This document shows positions 62,930 to 64,000 of a stretch of DNA of 64,000 nt, piece after piece (position 1 is the stretch's first letter; each line of letters opens with the position of its first letter). This DNA comes from Trypanosoma brucei. Its lineage: Eukaryota. The stretch is from assembly GCA_000002445.1 (NCBI GenBank), contig CP000068.1, positions 1,544,199-1,608,198 on the forward strand, given 5' to 3'. Below the pieces are notes generated by a model that saw only the letters and a program-made list of their open reading frames with translations, was not told the origin of the DNA and did no database searches. A program made the position numbers and the translations under genes.

Positions 62930-64000
62930 ATTTTTTATTGACGAGAGAACTACCATTTCGACACATTTCTTTATCTTTATTAGGTTATCCATTTTTACCC
63001 TTTACTCATCCACAAACATGGCTAGATTTTTCAACATTTTCTTCTTACAAGTTGCTCTGTCATTGTGAACAGTATAGTTAACAGTATTTGTTCCTTCAGT
63101 TTGAGTTTGGGATACAAGGACACCATTTGTTGTGGACTTTGTTTCATTAAATTTGCACTTTGTTTTGCCTTCAGCTTCCTTTTATTGTAACTACTGTAAC
63201 GCTTGTTTTTGCATTCTGTTGCATCTTTAATTTTATTGCAGTTGTTTTCTACCGCCTTAGTATTTCTTCCTTTTTTGCTTTGTAAAGTTCTTTGCTAAGG
63301 CTGGCGACTTTAATCGCGGCATGTAGCTCATAGTAGCTAATGAGTTCGGCTAGTTCGTCGCCTTGCTTTATCATACAGAGCTTTGCTGCGCTTTTGCGAC
63401 CTGCAGCACTGCTGGGAAGGTCTTCCGTATCCACCATGTCGTTTAGCTCTTTGTCTGCTGCAGGGGAGTCGTCGCCAAATTACTGCCTTCACTTCTGTGT
63501 TGACCGCTGGCTTGGTTGCATCTCTATTGGTTAGCAAAACACTTTTGATCACTTCTGTCAACGGTCGGTGGTCCGATTGCTTGGCTGTCTCATTTGTGAA
63601 TTCACTGTCTTTGCTCTCCGGCAACGATTTTTGTTCTGCAGCTACATCTGCTCAAGCTGCCACTTTGCCTTCAAGCGCGTCTTTGTTGCACATTCTCGGC
63701 TCGGAGTTCCCTGTCTGTAGAGATAAGTAGCCACCTATGATTTCTATAGCAGCTCTGGGGCCATGTGCACCTTCCGTGAAGCCGCTGGCGGCATGCGCGA
63801 CCAGTAGATTGCACTTGTTTGTGTCAGAAGCTGGTGTGTGCGAGCCGCTTCTGTCGCCTACCACGGCGAAAACACTACCTTTAAAACCGGTGATATCTAA
63901 AAAATTGTTTGTTGCGGCGGCAACCTCGAGGGAAGTTAGTTTGGTATTGCAGTTGTATAGGCCAAGGTTGCCGAGCGATTTCGCCGCTGCCGTAGAATTC
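62930..64000 (-). pseudogene. VSG: VSG pseudogene, partial (it continues beyond the window end), with multiple frameshifts
   Basis: GPI-tail coding (caattttttattgacgagagaactacc) is at ~62930-62960. ORFs 63249..63437, 63337..63624 and 63652..63864 are in different frames, with N-terminal-domain-like GSHTPASDTNKCNLLVAHAASGFTEGAHG. Confidence 0.5.

Overview
This window is not a prokaryotic locus. It reads as an African-trypanosome (Trypanosoma brucei-type) subtelomeric VSG array, so I found no bacterial-style defence or other novel system; the interest lies in how the array is decaying and recombining. About 18 variant surface glycoprotein (VSG) cassettes are packed head to tail, all encoded on the minus strand. 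Each cassette has, on its sense strand, 70-bp repeats with (TAA)n tracts about 1-2.5 kb 5' of the CDS (at higher + coordinates). The coding sequence is about 1.4-1.6 kb: signal peptide, A- or B-type N-terminal domain, Cys-rich C-terminal domain and GPI-signal tail. The 3'UTR carries the conserved 16-mer TGATATATTTTAACAC, seen on the + strand as gtgttaaaatatatca. Most copies are pseudogenes with frameshifts, in-frame stops or truncations; a few look largely intact. Interspersed are degenerate ESAG-like, possibly glycosyltransferase-like, type-II membrane protein pseudogenes of uncertain family. There is also a complete RIME retroposon with a 12-bp target-site duplication, and a 5'-truncated ingi non-LTR retrotransposon (RNase H plus C2H2 zinc-finger tail) on the + strand, ending in a RIME-like 3' segment and an A-run. 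Near-identical segmental duplications, orphan VSG fragments and very long (TAA)n expansions point to ongoing gene conversion and mosaic formation.
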